The position numbers and the translations under genes are program-made. Positions 19,947 through 30,072 of a DNA stretch of 64,000 nucleotides are shown here, piece after piece. Under the pieces are notes generated by a model. That model was not told the origin of the DNA. It ran no database searches and saw only the letters and a list, made by a program, of their open reading frames with translations. Origin of the DNA: an uncultured delta proteobacterium (GTDB lineage: Bacteria > Desulfobacterota > Desulfobacteria > Desulfobacterales > QNYZ01); the NCBI GenBank assembly GCA_963845145.1, contig CAWJQU010000016.1, positions 32,001 through 96,000 on the forward strand, given 5' to 3'. Every line of letters starts with the position of its first letter. The first letter of the stretch is position 1.

Positions 19947-21328
19947 TCTCTCCCTGATACCATTAACTCGATTTTTAAATCTTCCGGCGCAGTATCCCAG
20001 AATAGGGCAATGTTATTAAATCGGGTAACGTTTTGCCATTGATCACCATGCAAATCGACTTGCAGATAGGTGGCCCTTGACCGGCGTGGGAGTTCCTGAG
20101 GTGGTGCGGGTAAATGGGTTAGCTGGATTCCCGGCAGCGCCCTGGCAATCAGTATCGGTAAGGATTCTTTGGCGCTCAGTTTTCCCGTTGTGGACAAGGA
20201 TTTTGTTAACGAGGCCTGTTCCATTTCGGTATCCAGAACCAGGTAGAACCGGTTCCGTCCCTCAAACATCTTGGGATTTAAATCTGCCGCAAAGTATGTG
20301 CCATCATAGATTAGCTGGATGATATACTCCGGCCCGGCGGTGATTTCATCCAATAACCGAATAATGACCGATCGGGCCGCCGAGAAACATTCCCACAGGC
20401 GACGATGGTCATAAGCGGGTATCTCGAATGAACCATCGGCCATGTCTCCCATGGCGCTGACCTGATTGGAAAATGACGACAATTCGCCGATCGCCTGGCG
20501 TAAAAGGCCGTAAACCGCCCACGGATGGACATGGGGGGTGTCGGTGACATGAAAAAGGAACGGCGCATAACGATTGAGTGTTCGCAATGCCAGGAGGTAG
20601 ACCATGTCCCGGGCGCCGAATTCCGCGGTATGAATTCCCCGTTCCTGTTTGTATGCCTCAAGCTGGCGACCGCGCGCGGCAATTTGGTCCCGGATTTCTT
20701 TGATCAAATTGATCAGTGTCGGCGTTGTATCCAGCGTTAAAGCAGGTGGGATGTATGCTTCGGATAGCCCAATGCTATCACCCGTGCGTATCAGTTTCGC
20801 TACTGGCAGAGTGACGTAGTCATCGGCTTGATCTATTTCCGTTTCCCAGAATAGCTTCAATACATAGTAGAGGCGTTTTACGTTAGCTGGCGGGCTCTCT
20901 TCATATAGGCTTTGAATCTCCTCAGGGTCTGTGGTTGTGACATAACGGGTCCCGATATCGGAAATATTGTCCAGACTGGGAATGACCGTGACATTTTCGC
21001 CAGCCCGATCTAGTTTCCTTAAACCGAGATAGACGGTAAATGGTTTGCTCCCGTCGATCCACCCTTCCTCAAAAGATCTGGACTCAAAAAGCGTATTCCC
21101 CGGATAAACCAGATGGGTGTTGTCCGAAAGAACCAGTTCACAACTGTTGATGTCAAATAAAAAATTCCCGAGTCCGGCGTTGGCGATTTGGATCCCGCCA
21201 ATCCCCCAAAAATGGGGCGCCATGAATCGATGAATGGGGGAAAGCAGAGAACGAAAAAATTGATTCTCCAATTGGAGGTGCTGGGGCTGAAGAAAGAGCC
21301 CTTCATGCCAGAAGACTGGTTTGTCCAT
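19943..21328 (-). CDS. tssK: T6SS baseplate subunit TssK
   Basis: VFWHEGLFLQPQHLQ, YIPP, HP...YGLLRQAIGELSSF, YDH, ALPGIQL.H.P.PP.ELP. Confidence 0.95.
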   Translation of the reverse strand: MDKPVFWHEGLFLQPQHLQLENQFFRSLLSPIHRFMAPHFWGIGGIQIANAGLGNFLFDINSCELVLSDNTHLVYPGNTLFESRSFEEGWIDGSKPFTVYLGLRKLDRAGENVTVIPSLDNISDIGTRYVTTTDPEEIQSLYEESPPANVKRLYYVLKLFWETEIDQADDYVTLPVAKLIRTGDSIGLSEAYIPPALTLDTTPTLINLIKEIRDQIAARGRQLEAYKQERGIHTAEFGARDMVYLLALRTLNRYAPFLFHVTDTPHVHPWAVYGLLRQAIGELSSFSNQVSAMGDMADGSFEIPAYDHRRLWECFSAARSVIIRLLDEITAGPEYIIQLIYDGTYFAADLNPKMFEGRNRFYLVLDTEMEQASLTKSLSTTGKLSAKESLPILIARALPGIQLTHLPAPPQELPRRSRATYLQVDLHGDQWQNVTRFNNIALFWDTAPEDLKIELMVSGRD

Positions 21329-21331
21329 TGG

Positions 21332-21934
21332 TTATTGCGCTCCTTTGGATTTAATTTCGATACCCTTTATTTGTTGATCACCGAAAATGATCCCCAGATT
21401 AAGCTTTCCGACGCGAGTGGTGGTTTTGCTTCCCATAAATCCATGCTTTTCCGTTATAACGGGAAAATCCACAACCCGGATGATTCGTTTTTTCTGCAGC
21501 AAATAATAGCCCGCCACGATAGCCAGATGGCGGGCCCCCTCTATGCGGTCAATCAACAGGTTTAAATTATCGCCCGGGTGGATGATAAGCCTTTTGGTGT
21601 CTGCGACGGTTGCATCAAACGGCCGACATTCAAGCAATTTGTAACGCCCCTCGATTTCTTCGGCCAAAGAGTTAAAAGCCGTTTTTCGCCTGAGTTGGTA
21701 AATACAGATCATTAGCGTATGGGCTTTACCGGCATGTAGATTTAATTTGGCATCGGCGTGGATCTGTAAGTGGATGGCTTCGCGTTCATATCTCCATTGG
21801 GGGACGGGCGGCGGTTGGTGTGCGCAGGAAAGGATTAAAATCGGCAGAATCATCATACTCAGGAGATAAACGCCTTTTTTCAATGGGAGCCTCCTTAAAG
21901 GTAAATGGTGGAATATAAATGAAATGTTTATCAA
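21332..21934 (-). CDS. tssJ: T6SS lipoprotein TssJ (true start may be downstream)
   Basis: Lipobox ILILSC; LN, IYQL, DRIEGARHLAIVAGYY; immediately upstream of tssK. Confidence 0.88.
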   Translation of the reverse strand: MINISFIFHHLPLRRLPLKKGVYLLSMMILPILILSCAHQPPPVPQWRYEREAIHLQIHADAKLNLHAGKAHTLMICIYQLRRKTAFNSLAEEIEGRYKLLECRPFDATVADTKRLIIHPGDNLNLLIDRIEGARHLAIVAGYYLLQKKRIIRVVDFPVITEKHGFMGSKTTTRVGKLNLGIIFGDQQIKGIEIKSKGAQ

Positions 21935-21954
21935 AAAATGAAGATATCTGTCAA

Positions 21955-22695
21955 TCAGATCCTAAAATGCCGACTACAGCTTTTTTCAAATGCCCTTAAC
22001 AACTTTTTCTCAAATTGGTCTGACTCAAACCAACGACGGCAACGATCATGTTTTTCTTTAATGGCATTAAGTATCTTTTTTTTCCGTAAAGGCCCCATAT
22101 AGCTGTTTTCAAGGGTATTTGGGTCCAACTCGGCCAAAACCTCATCCATCACGTCTCGAACGGCCGTTTTCATCGCCTCCTGAGAAGTTAAAAATGCCTG
22201 CTCGATCTGCCCCAGATACGCAACCATTGAAGACGACGATGACTGGTTTGCGACACTCTGGCCGATAAATCCCCGGATGGTTTCCTCTTGGGAGGATGTG
22301 CCCGTAAGGGTTGTGTTGATAACCGTGATAATTCGGTTTAAAGTATCAAAGATTGTATTTAAAGCCTGGACCAGTGATTCTAACTGGGCTTTCGATTCAA
22401 GGTCTGTGGTGGTGGCCTTTTTCCCCAGAAGCAAGGGGAACAGTTTGGTAATGATATCGTTTTGAATTCCGGTTTCATCGGGCGATTTGTCCTGTGGTCG
22501 CTGATGGGGGGAGTGGTCGTTTTCCGCCAATTGTGATGCGACCTGCTGGACACGTTCTATTCGTGCCGGCCACGAAAGTTGTTCTAGTCGGTTATTTAAA
22601 AACGATTCTATCCGTTGGTCTGCATCGGCGGGATAGGTTGCGTAAATCTGCCTGATTGCCATGGCGAGACTATATGGGGACGTATCGGCCGGCAC
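21955..22695 (-). CDS. T6SS-associated hypothetical protein, C-terminus resembles the TagH/Fha C-terminal domain, no FHA domain
   Basis: EAMKTAVRDVMDEVLAELDPNTLE...RKKKIL...FEKKLLRAFEK parallels the TagH C-terminal pattern; in operon with tssJ. Confidence 0.6.
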   Translation of the reverse strand: MPADTSPYSLAMAIRQIYATYPADADQRIESFLNNRLEQLSWPARIERVQQVASQLAENDHSPHQRPQDKSPDETGIQNDIITKLFPLLLGKKATTTDLESKAQLESLVQALNTIFDTLNRIITVINTTLTGTSSQEETIRGFIGQSVANQSSSSSMVAYLGQIEQAFLTSQEAMKTAVRDVMDEVLAELDPNTLENSYMGPLRKKKILNAIKEKHDRCRRWFESDQFEKKLLRAFEKSCSRHFRI

Positions 22696-22696
22696 C

Positions 22697-24328
22697 TTAT
22701 TTTTCCTTTTTTTGGTTCGGTTTTGGTTTGACGATAATGGTTTCGGCTAAATGGTCATCGGTTTTGTTGAAGGTAAAGCGTTTGCCTACCGAACCATCCG
22801 GTATCTTTTCGGGCCATATCGATTGCGCGGGCTTTGCCGAGGGTGCCTTTCTGGATTCCGGTTGGCTGTTTTCGCCCGGTCGAACGATAATGGTTTCCGG
22901 GAGGATGGCAGCTTTGTCTCCCCGTGGACGCTTTTGATCCAAGTCCTTGTTTTTGAGCGCAGAGAGGCTCGAATGATTAATTGCATTCTCATTTGCTTTG
23001 GGCCAAATATCATCTTGGGCTAATGATCTGGTATTCACGATGATGGTCTCAGGTATTTGCGGGTCCTTTTGAATGCCATCGGAAATGTTCGTTGGGATAC
23101 CTGGTTGTATTAAGGAAGATCGATCCGCCCCTTCGGGCTTTGGAATTCCATCAGAATGAACGATGATGGTTTCATCCATATCTGGATTATCCGCAATGTC
23201 ATTTTGAGCCGAGGGGACCGTTGGCGCAACGAATCTTGGCTCAGGCGTTTTCGTTTGATAAGGCGTGTTGGAGATGTCGTCGGTTTCAGACGCTTTTGAG
23301 GCCTCAAACCGCCATTTGGAAAGAAGCCCGTTAAGAATTAATCGTATCGATTCGTTGGGGGCTGGTTGTGGGTCTTTTTTTATAACCGTTTTTGGCGTGG
23401 GGGGGCACGCCTCATTTGCCAATGTGTAAAGGGCGAGGTGATCGGTATCAAACGAATCAGCCCTGAAAATGAATAGCTGAAACGGGTAAAAAGCAAATGA
23501 TGCTATGCGGTTCCCCACAGGTCCATCGGAAGCATGACAACCCTGGGCCTCAGAGCAAGCACGGCATGGGAACTGTTGGGTAGGCGTCGTTGAAGTGACG
23601 AGGTTCTTAAGATTAAGTATCAAGTCTGTGACGGTTTTCACGCTGTTTTTCGTTTTTATGGATGACTCACTTGTATAAAAGTCGGTCTCACCCGCTAGTT
23701 GATAGCAGGTCGGACAGAACAGATAACGTTTTAGTGATCGGGTATAGGCGTCCAAACCGGTGGTTGTCAGCATGTCGTCATCATGGCACAGGTCGAGCAA
23801 TCCACCACATAAAGGACAGGGCGGGTGAAAAAATTGTTTTTTAAAGGTACAATATAAGAGTGACCGAAATGGGATGAGGCGGCCACCTGTCGTCTTTTGT
23901 GCACTTAACGGGTGAAAAATTTTATCAAAAGCGCTGTCCTGAGATAAGCGATCAAACGCCTGTTTCCAGAGTTGTTCAACCGCTGGGTTGGTCGATTCAG
24001 GCAACAGATCTTTTGGGGGATGGGGGCGATCATTTTGAAGCAATACCAAAAGATCCACAATCTTACTACCGGCGTCGGTCTTAAGAGATGCTTTAATCGC
24101 ATGGGTCAAGGGGTCCTGGAGATCAAGGGTTTCGAATGGAAAGGCGGAATTGCCCTTTTCAGAAACCTTCGGTTGTGGCATGAAGTCAATGTGGATTCCG
24201 CTCCTGCCCGAAGGAAGATAGGGCAGAAACGTTGGGTACGCATGGGCGGGTGTGGTTTCAGAAATCGTCATGGTCCTAGCCATAAGGGGTAAGCTTTGAA
24301 AACCAAAAGAAGTAATCATCCAATACAT
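22697..24328 (-). CDS. T6SS-associated hypothetical protein: Cys-rich (putative Zn-binding) N-domain plus low-complexity tail with 4x ETIIV
   Basis: CxxC motifs CPLC, CPTC, CRAC; Pro/Ser/Asp-rich tail; stop lies 1 nt from the next gene's start. Confidence 0.8.
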   Translation of the reverse strand: MYWMITSFGFQSLPLMARTMTISETTPAHAYPTFLPYLPSGRSGIHIDFMPQPKVSEKGNSAFPFETLDLQDPLTHAIKASLKTDAGSKIVDLLVLLQNDRPHPPKDLLPESTNPAVEQLWKQAFDRLSQDSAFDKIFHPLSAQKTTGGRLIPFRSLLYCTFKKQFFHPPCPLCGGLLDLCHDDDMLTTTGLDAYTRSLKRYLFCPTCYQLAGETDFYTSESSIKTKNSVKTVTDLILNLKNLVTSTTPTQQFPCRACSEAQGCHASDGPVGNRIASFAFYPFQLFIFRADSFDTDHLALYTLANEACPPTPKTVIKKDPQPAPNESIRLILNGLLSKWRFEASKASETDDISNTPYQTKTPEPRFVAPTVPSAQNDIADNPDMDETIIVHSDGIPKPEGADRSSLIQPGIPTNISDGIQKDPQIPETIIVNTRSLAQDDIWPKANENAINHSSLSALKNKDLDQKRPRGDKAAILPETIIVRPGENSQPESRKAPSAKPAQSIWPEKIPDGSVGKRFTFNKTDDHLAETIIVKPKPNQKKEK

Positions 24329-24518
24329 AAGCTTTTTTTCCTTTCAAGGCAATACGCAAACAAATGGGGTGGCTTTGGCGGAGAGGCTTGGGGTTGATCC
24401 CCGAAAGGTGGCGCTATCCTGTGCGCGGCAATTTTTAATACGGCCATTCTTGACTTGCCAGATATGATGAAGTACATCCTTGCCTAACCTTAATATACAA
24501 AATGGGCTGAAAATAGAG

Positions 24519-25106
24519 ATGAAACGTACCGCGACAATCACACGTCAGACCAAAGAGACCGACATCCGCCTTGAGTTTAATTTAGATGGTGCCGGTAAGG
24601 CCGATATCGATACCGGCATCCCCTTCTTCGATCACATGCTGACGCTTTTTACCGCCCATGGCTTTTTTGATTTAACGATTGCCGGAAAGGGTGATATCGA
24701 GGTTGATTTCCATCATATGGTGGAAGATGTTGGACTGGTTTTAGGCGACGCTCTGGCCGAGGCCGTAGGGACTAAAAAAGGAATTCGGCGTTTCGGTCAT
24801 GCCGTAACCCCCATGGATGAAGCCTTAAGCGATGTTACGATCGATTTGTCCAATCGTCCCTATATGGTTTTTGATGTACCGATTGAGGGGCGGTCCGGCC
24901 AATTTTTTGATACGGCCCTGGCCAAGGAGTTTTTTAAAAGTTTTGCCTCCCGGGCGACCATGAATCTTCATATCAGACTGCCCTATGGCGAAAACGAGCA
25001 TCATATCGTTGAGTCGATTTTTAAATCGGTTGGTCGAGCCCTGGATCAGGCCACCCAGCCTGATGAACGTGTCATCGGGGTTCGTTCTACCAAGGGCGCC
25101 TTATGA
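24519..25106 (+). CDS. hisB: imidazoleglycerol-phosphate dehydratase
   Basis: RQTKETDI, TGIPFFDHML, HHMVEDVG, PMDEAL, NEHHIVESIFK, STKGAL. Start set at the ATG at 24519. Confidence 0.97.
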   Translation: MKRTATITRQTKETDIRLEFNLDGAGKADIDTGIPFFDHMLTLFTAHGFFDLTIAGKGDIEVDFHHMVEDVGLVLGDALAEAVGTKKGIRRFGHAVTPMDEALSDVTIDLSNRPYMVFDVPIEGRSGQFFDTALAKEFFKSFASRATMNLHIRLPYGENEHHIVESIFKSVGRALDQATQPDERVIGVRSTKGAL

Positions 25107-25197
25107 TATTTGCCGCCGACCTTTTTTTGGGGGACCCATTCGGGACGATTTTAATCGGTGGGATCACGCTAATAATAAGAAATGGAAGTTGCCATAA

Positions 25198-25929
25198 ATG
25201 ATTATCATCCCTGCTGTTGATATTCGTCAGGGTAAATGTGTGCGTCTGCGCCAGGGGCGCCAGGATCAAGAAACGGTTTTTTCAGATGATCCGGCGGCGA
25301 TGGCCCTGCGTTGGGCCGATGCCGGTGCCCGTCTTATTCATGTTATCGATCTGGATGGGGCTTTCAATCAGCGGCCCCAAAATCTCGAGGCGATTAAAAA
25401 AATTGTTAGCAGCATCGATACGCCCATTCAGGTCGGCGGTGGCATTCGGGACGCCCGGACCATCGAAACCTACATGACCCTGGGTGTGGCCAAAGTGATC
25501 ATCGGGACGGAAGCGATTCGCAATCCCGATATGATTAAAAAAGCGGCTTTGGACTATCCGGGCCGTATTGTTGTGGCCATTGATGCGCGTGACGGCAAAG
25601 TCGCCATTGAAGGGTGGACTGAAACCACACAGGCATCGGCCATCGACCTGGCCAAAAAATTTGAAGATTGCGGCGTGGCCGCCATTAATTTTACGGATAT
25701 TCATCGGGATGGCATGCAGACCGGGCCGAATATCGAGCAAACCCGCCACCTGGCCGAATCCATCAACGTGCCTGTGGTTGCCTCCGGAGGCGTGGCGACT
25801 TTAAACGATATAAAAAACCTTTTGCCCCTTGAAGCTGTGGGTGTTACCGGCGTTATTACTGGCAATGCCCTGTATAGCGGCTCTCTGGATTTGAAGGCGG
25901 CGATTGCCCTTGCTGAAACAGGGGGCTGA
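25198..25929 (+). CDS. hisA: ProFAR isomerase
   Basis: IIPAVDIRQGKCVRLRQG, HVIDLDGA, QVGGGIR, FTDIHRDGMQTGPN, ASGGV. Confidence 0.97.
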   Translation: MIIIPAVDIRQGKCVRLRQGRQDQETVFSDDPAAMALRWADAGARLIHVIDLDGAFNQRPQNLEAIKKIVSSIDTPIQVGGGIRDARTIETYMTLGVAKVIIGTEAIRNPDMIKKAALDYPGRIVVAIDARDGKVAIEGWTETTQASAIDLAKKFEDCGVAAINFTDIHRDGMQTGPNIEQTRHLAESINVPVVASGGVATLNDIKNLLPLEAVGVTGVITGNALYSGSLDLKAAIALAETGG

Positions 25930-26046
25930 TCTGTTACCGTTATCCGGTGCATCCATTCTTGTAAACTGAACTTATGGACCGATCTTATGAACTGGTCTAA
26001 TGGGCTGGGCCCCCGGTTTTTTGCGATTGAAGATCACAATCGATCC

Positions 26047-26075
26047 TTGACAAGTATGATTAAAATTATTATTAT
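26047..26075 (+). promoter_or_regulatory. sigma70-type promoter for dnaG-rpoD
   Basis: TTGACA (26047-26052), 17-nt spacer, TATTAT (26070-26075). Confidence 0.75.
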
Positions 26076-26202
26076 TAAGGTTTAGCTTTATAGCATTTAA
26101 GCAGTTGAAATCATACGAATTTGTTAAGGTATTTGGAGATTGTGCGGATAGGGCCGGTACCCTTATTGTTTTCGTCTATCGGCCAAATCAGTCGGCAATC
26201 AG

Positions 26203-28050
26203 TTGCATTCCTCATTTCCCGTTCTAAGGAAAAGTCTTTTGCCATTGGTGAATTATATTCCCGATGAAAAAGTAATCGAGATCCGGAACCGTGCCGATAT
26301 TGTTGAAATCGTATCGGATTCGGTTCGACTTAAAAGAACGGGAAAAAATTACCTTGGGCTATGCCCGTTTCATACCGAAAAGACCCCTTCATTTACCGTT
26401 AGTCCCGACAAACAGATATTTCATTGTTTTGGGTGTGGTGAGGGTGGTGACGCTTTCAGTTTCTTAATGAAACAGATGGGGTTATCGTTCCCGGAGGCAA
26501 TGCGCCTGATTGCCCGGAGATACGGTATTGAGATTCCGCAGCGCGCAATGACGCCGGAACAGCAAAAAAATATAGACCGCAGGCAACGTCTACTGGCGGC
26601 CAATCAGAAAGCCAAGGAATATTATCAACAGACATTAAAGAATACTGCTGCCGGCCAACAAGCCCAGACGTATCTTAAAAAACGGGGTGTCACGTCTGAA
26701 ACGATTGACAATTTTGCCCTTGGTTTAGCACCGGACGGATGGCAGGGGGTAAACGACCACTTAAAGGCGGCGGGTTTCTCTGCTGATGAGGGCCAGGCCG
26801 CTGGCCTGATCGTGTCGAACAGGCGCGAAACCGGTTATTATGATCGTTTTCGCAACCGCGTTGTTTTTCCTATTTTCGATTTGGGGGAGCGTGTTGTCGG
26901 CTTTGGTGGAAGGGTCATGGGCGATGGGGAGCCGAAATATTTAAATTCCCCGGAGTCTCCCATCTATAATAAGCGGCGGATCTTGTATGGGTTGAATCGA
27001 TCCCGTCAGGCATGCCGACGTACAGGTATCATTCACATCGTTGAAGGCTATTTCGATCTGTTGACCCTTTACCAGAATGGGATTGAAAATGTCGCCGCCA
27101 CGCTCGGTACGGCGTTGACCGATGAGCATATTCGATTGATAAAGGGGCATGCCGAGCAAACGATTCTCATCTTCGATGCCGACGAGGCTGGAGTGAAGGC
27201 GGCCTTGCGTAGCTGCAATCTGTTTTTGGCGGCTGGGATTGAGGCACGTGTGCTCGTATTGCCCGATGGGCATGATCCGGATTCGTTTGTTCGCCAATCC
27301 GGGGCGGCCGCGTTTGAAAAAGCCACAAAAAATGCACCGGGCATCATCGGATTTATAATCGATTCGGCGATTAACCGAATCGGTCTATCCGTTGAAGGTC
27401 GAATTCGTATCATTTCCGAACTGCAACCGGTTTTGACGACCATTGTCGATCCGGTGGCGCGGTCACTATATATCCGTGAACTGGCCGACCGTATCGGTGT
27501 GGAGGAAAAGGCGATACGGGAAAAGATGCGTCAGACGGCTCCGGGAAATAGGCATCCCGACATGCTTTCAAAAGGCAACCCTGTTTCGAAAAAGAGAAAC
27601 GATGCTTTCACCGGGCCTGCTTTCAAGCTGGAGCGTTTGATCGTGGCCATGCTGCTTCAATATCCGAAGATGATTCCACAAATCGAAGAAAGTGGGATTG
27701 TGGCGCAATTCACGGATCCACGGCTGCAGACGATTGGGCGTCAAATTATTGAAAATAAAGAAATAGCTGAAACGGGTATCCCCGAATTAATTGAAATGAC
27801 TAAAGATCCGGATCTCAAACGGATTATTACATCGTTGGCCATGGGCGATGGTGATAAATGGTCCGAAAAAGATTGTTTGCGAACGATCAACCAATATAAA
27901 AAAAGGATCAGTGACGGCGGGCGGCATCAATTAATGGCAAAAATCAAAATCGCCGAGGCTGCCGGAGACCATGAAACCGTTGCCCGGCTTTCGCGGCAAT
28001 TGCTTTTGGATATAAAAGATAACACTCGCAAATCGGCGAGTATGGAATAA
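26203..28050 (+). CDS. dnaG: DNA primase (start may be the GTG at 26248)
   Basis: CPFHTEKTPSF...FHCFGC zinc finger, YDRFRNR, KYLNSPE, VEGYFD, DADEAG, HDPD Toprim motifs. Confidence 0.97.
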   Translation: MHSSFPVLRKSLLPLVNYIPDEKVIEIRNRADIVEIVSDSVRLKRTGKNYLGLCPFHTEKTPSFTVSPDKQIFHCFGCGEGGDAFSFLMKQMGLSFPEAMRLIARRYGIEIPQRAMTPEQQKNIDRRQRLLAANQKAKEYYQQTLKNTAAGQQAQTYLKKRGVTSETIDNFALGLAPDGWQGVNDHLKAAGFSADEGQAAGLIVSNRRETGYYDRFRNRVVFPIFDLGERVVGFGGRVMGDGEPKYLNSPESPIYNKRRILYGLNRSRQACRRTGIIHIVEGYFDLLTLYQNGIENVAATLGTALTDEHIRLIKGHAEQTILIFDADEAGVKAALRSCNLFLAAGIEARVLVLPDGHDPDSFVRQSGAAAFEKATKNAPGIIGFIIDSAINRIGLSVEGRIRIISELQPVLTTIVDPVARSLYIRELADRIGVEEKAIREKMRQTAPGNRHPDMLSKGNPVSKKRNDAFTGPAFKLERLIVAMLLQYPKMIPQIEESGIVAQFTDPRLQTIGRQIIENKEIAETGIPELIEMTKDPDLKRIITSLAMGDGDKWSEKDCLRTINQYKKRISDGGRHQLMAKIKIAEAAGDHETVARLSRQLLLDIKDNTRKSASME

Positions 28051-28088
28051 TTAGACTCTTATTTCGGTGATGTAGGAGGCAGGTTCAT

Positions 28089-29876
28089 ATGGCAAAAGCG
28101 TCAACCCCCAAAAAAAATGTCGGTTCTAAAGGCAAGCCTGCGGTCAAGGAGAGCGCTGCAGTATTGGAAAAAACGATCAAAGCTCTCCTAACGAAAGGTA
28201 AAAAGAAAAAAAAGATCGCGGTAGATGATATTGCCGCCAAACTACCTCAGAAAGAATATACATCTGAACAACTGGATGAAATCATTCTGCGGTTGAATGA
28301 GGCGGGTATTCAGATTGTCGATCCTCAAAAAGCGCTGGTAAAAAAAGCGGATACCAAAAAGCCGGTAAAAGCCAAAACAAGCGTAACGCCTGATTACGGG
28401 CGTGTTAATGATCCGGTAAAGCTGTACCTGCGCGAAATGGGCATGGTGACCCTGTTAAGCCGCGAAGGTGAAGTCGAAATTGCCAAAAAAATCGAAAACG
28501 GCGAGCGGGAGGTTTTAAAAGCCTTAATCGATACCCAGACCGGGGTGGAGGCGATCCTCGATTTGAGTGATAAAATGGAAAACGGCCTCGTTCGGCCTAG
28601 ATATATTTTAAAAGACCTGGAAGAGGGCGATAATTATGTCGAGGAAGCCGTTCAAATTGATAAATTTCTCGTTGTTGCCCGATCCATACGTGAGATTCAC
28701 GATGAAAACAAAGCGTTAAGAGAATCATTATTTAACGAAAAAATGTCTTCCCAGGAACAACGTCGGGTCAGACGTTCCATTAATCGTCGGAACCGTAAAA
28801 TTTTTAATTTTTTAAAAACCTGGCGTTTTGAGGGTGCCATCGTCCACAAGATTGAAAAGCTTATTCGGCGTCAGGGCCAATGGTTTGATCATATGAACGA
28901 TCTGTTTGCCTTAAGCGCCCGATCCTGTGCGGTATCTCCGACCAAACTGCGGGAGAAGCTCAATAACAAGAAGGGGTTTGTGAAATGGCTGACTGCAGGA
29001 AGCGATTTAAATAAAAGTGACATCGAGGGGCTTTGGTCCGAGCTGTCCACCTTTGACGACGAGGTGTTGAAAAAGGAAAATGCGATTAAGGTGAGGTATC
29101 GGAACATGCATCGCGTCATGACCAATATCGATAGCGGTCATATACGCGCCAAAAAGGCGAAAAGTGAGCTGACGCGGGCCAACCTCCGTCTCGTGGTCAG
29201 CATCGCCAAAAAATACACAAACCGTGGGTTGCAGTTTCTCGATTTGATTCAGGAAGGAAATATCGGGCTGATGAAGGCCGTGGATAAGTTTGAATACCGA
29301 CGGGGTTACAAGTTCAGCACCTATGCCACTTGGTGGATTCGGCAGGCAATTACCCGGGCCATTGCCGACCAGGCCCGAACCATTCGCATACCGGTCCATA
29401 TGATTGAAACCATCAACAAGCTGATTCGAACCTCCCGCTATTTGGTTCAGGAACTGGGCCGTGAACCCGACCCGGAAGAGATCGCCGAGAAAATGGAAAT
29501 ACCACTGAACAAAGTTCGTAAAGTGCTCAAGATTGCCCGAGAGCCAATTTCCCTGGAAACACCCATTGGTGAAGAGGAAGACAGCCATCTGGGCGATTTC
29601 ATTGAGGATAAAAAATTTATGCTGCCTTCCGATGCGTCGGTCAATTTGAACCTGGCCGAACAGACGCGAAAAGTTTTGGCAACATTGACCCCCAGGGAAG
29701 AAAAAGTGTTGCGCATGCGCTTCGGCATAGGAGAAAAATCAGATCACACATTGGAGGAGGTAGGGCAGGATTTTTCCGTGACGCGGGAGCGGATTCGCCA
29801 AATTGAAGCCAAGGCCTTGCGTAAATTGCGTCATCCCACGCGAAGTCGAAAATTAAAAAATTTTATTGATAATTGA
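28089..29876 (+). CDS. rpoD: primary sigma factor sigma70
   Basis: [73 protein letters not shown]. Confidence 0.98.
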   Translation: MAKASTPKKNVGSKGKPAVKESAAVLEKTIKALLTKGKKKKKIAVDDIAAKLPQKEYTSEQLDEIILRLNEAGIQIVDPQKALVKKADTKKPVKAKTSVTPDYGRVNDPVKLYLREMGMVTLLSREGEVEIAKKIENGEREVLKALIDTQTGVEAILDLSDKMENGLVRPRYILKDLEEGDNYVEEAVQIDKFLVVARSIREIHDENKALRESLFNEKMSSQEQRRVRRSINRRNRKIFNFLKTWRFEGAIVHKIEKLIRRQGQWFDHMNDLFALSARSCAVSPTKLREKLNNKKGFVKWLTAGSDLNKSDIEGLWSELSTFDDEVLKKENAIKVRYRNMHRVMTNIDSGHIRAKKAKSELTRANLRLVVSIAKKYTNRGLQFLDLIQEGNIGLMKAVDKFEYRRGYKFSTYATWWIRQAITRAIADQARTIRIPVHMIETINKLIRTSRYLVQELGREPDPEEIAEKMEIPLNKVRKVLKIAREPISLETPIGEEEDSHLGDFIEDKKFMLPSDASVNLNLAEQTRKVLATLTPREEKVLRMRFGIGEKSDHTLEEVGQDFSVTRERIRQIEAKALRKLRHPTRSRKLKNFIDN

Positions 29877-29933
29877 AGGGTCAGTTCTTGACAAATCATC
29901 GAGCCGTGAGTACGTACCAGCGGCGAGGTATTA

Positions 29934-30006
29934 GGGCCCATAGCTCAGCTGGCAGAGCCACCGGCTCATAACCGGTCGGTCCCTGGTTCGAATCCAGGTG
30001 GGCCCA
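29934..30006 (+). tRNA. tRNA with CAT anticodon, most likely tRNA-Ile2 (lysidine); CCA not encoded
   Basis: Acceptor stem GGGCCCA/TGGGCCC, discriminator A, anticodon arm CCGG-CTCATAA-CCGG, T-loop GGTTCGAATCC. Lacks the fMet GGG/CCC anticodon stem. Confidence 0.92.
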
Positions 30007-30072
30007 CTTTTCACATGAACCTTTGGTTGTCTGTACACAACCCCTAAACCGCACCTATATTTATAGAAAACT

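Noticed and set aside
29934..30072. tRNA as an integration site for a genomic island
   Set aside because: No integrase and no duplicated tRNA 3' end were noticed, and the downstream genes are ordinary housekeeping neighbours. The missing encoded CCA is common and not notable.
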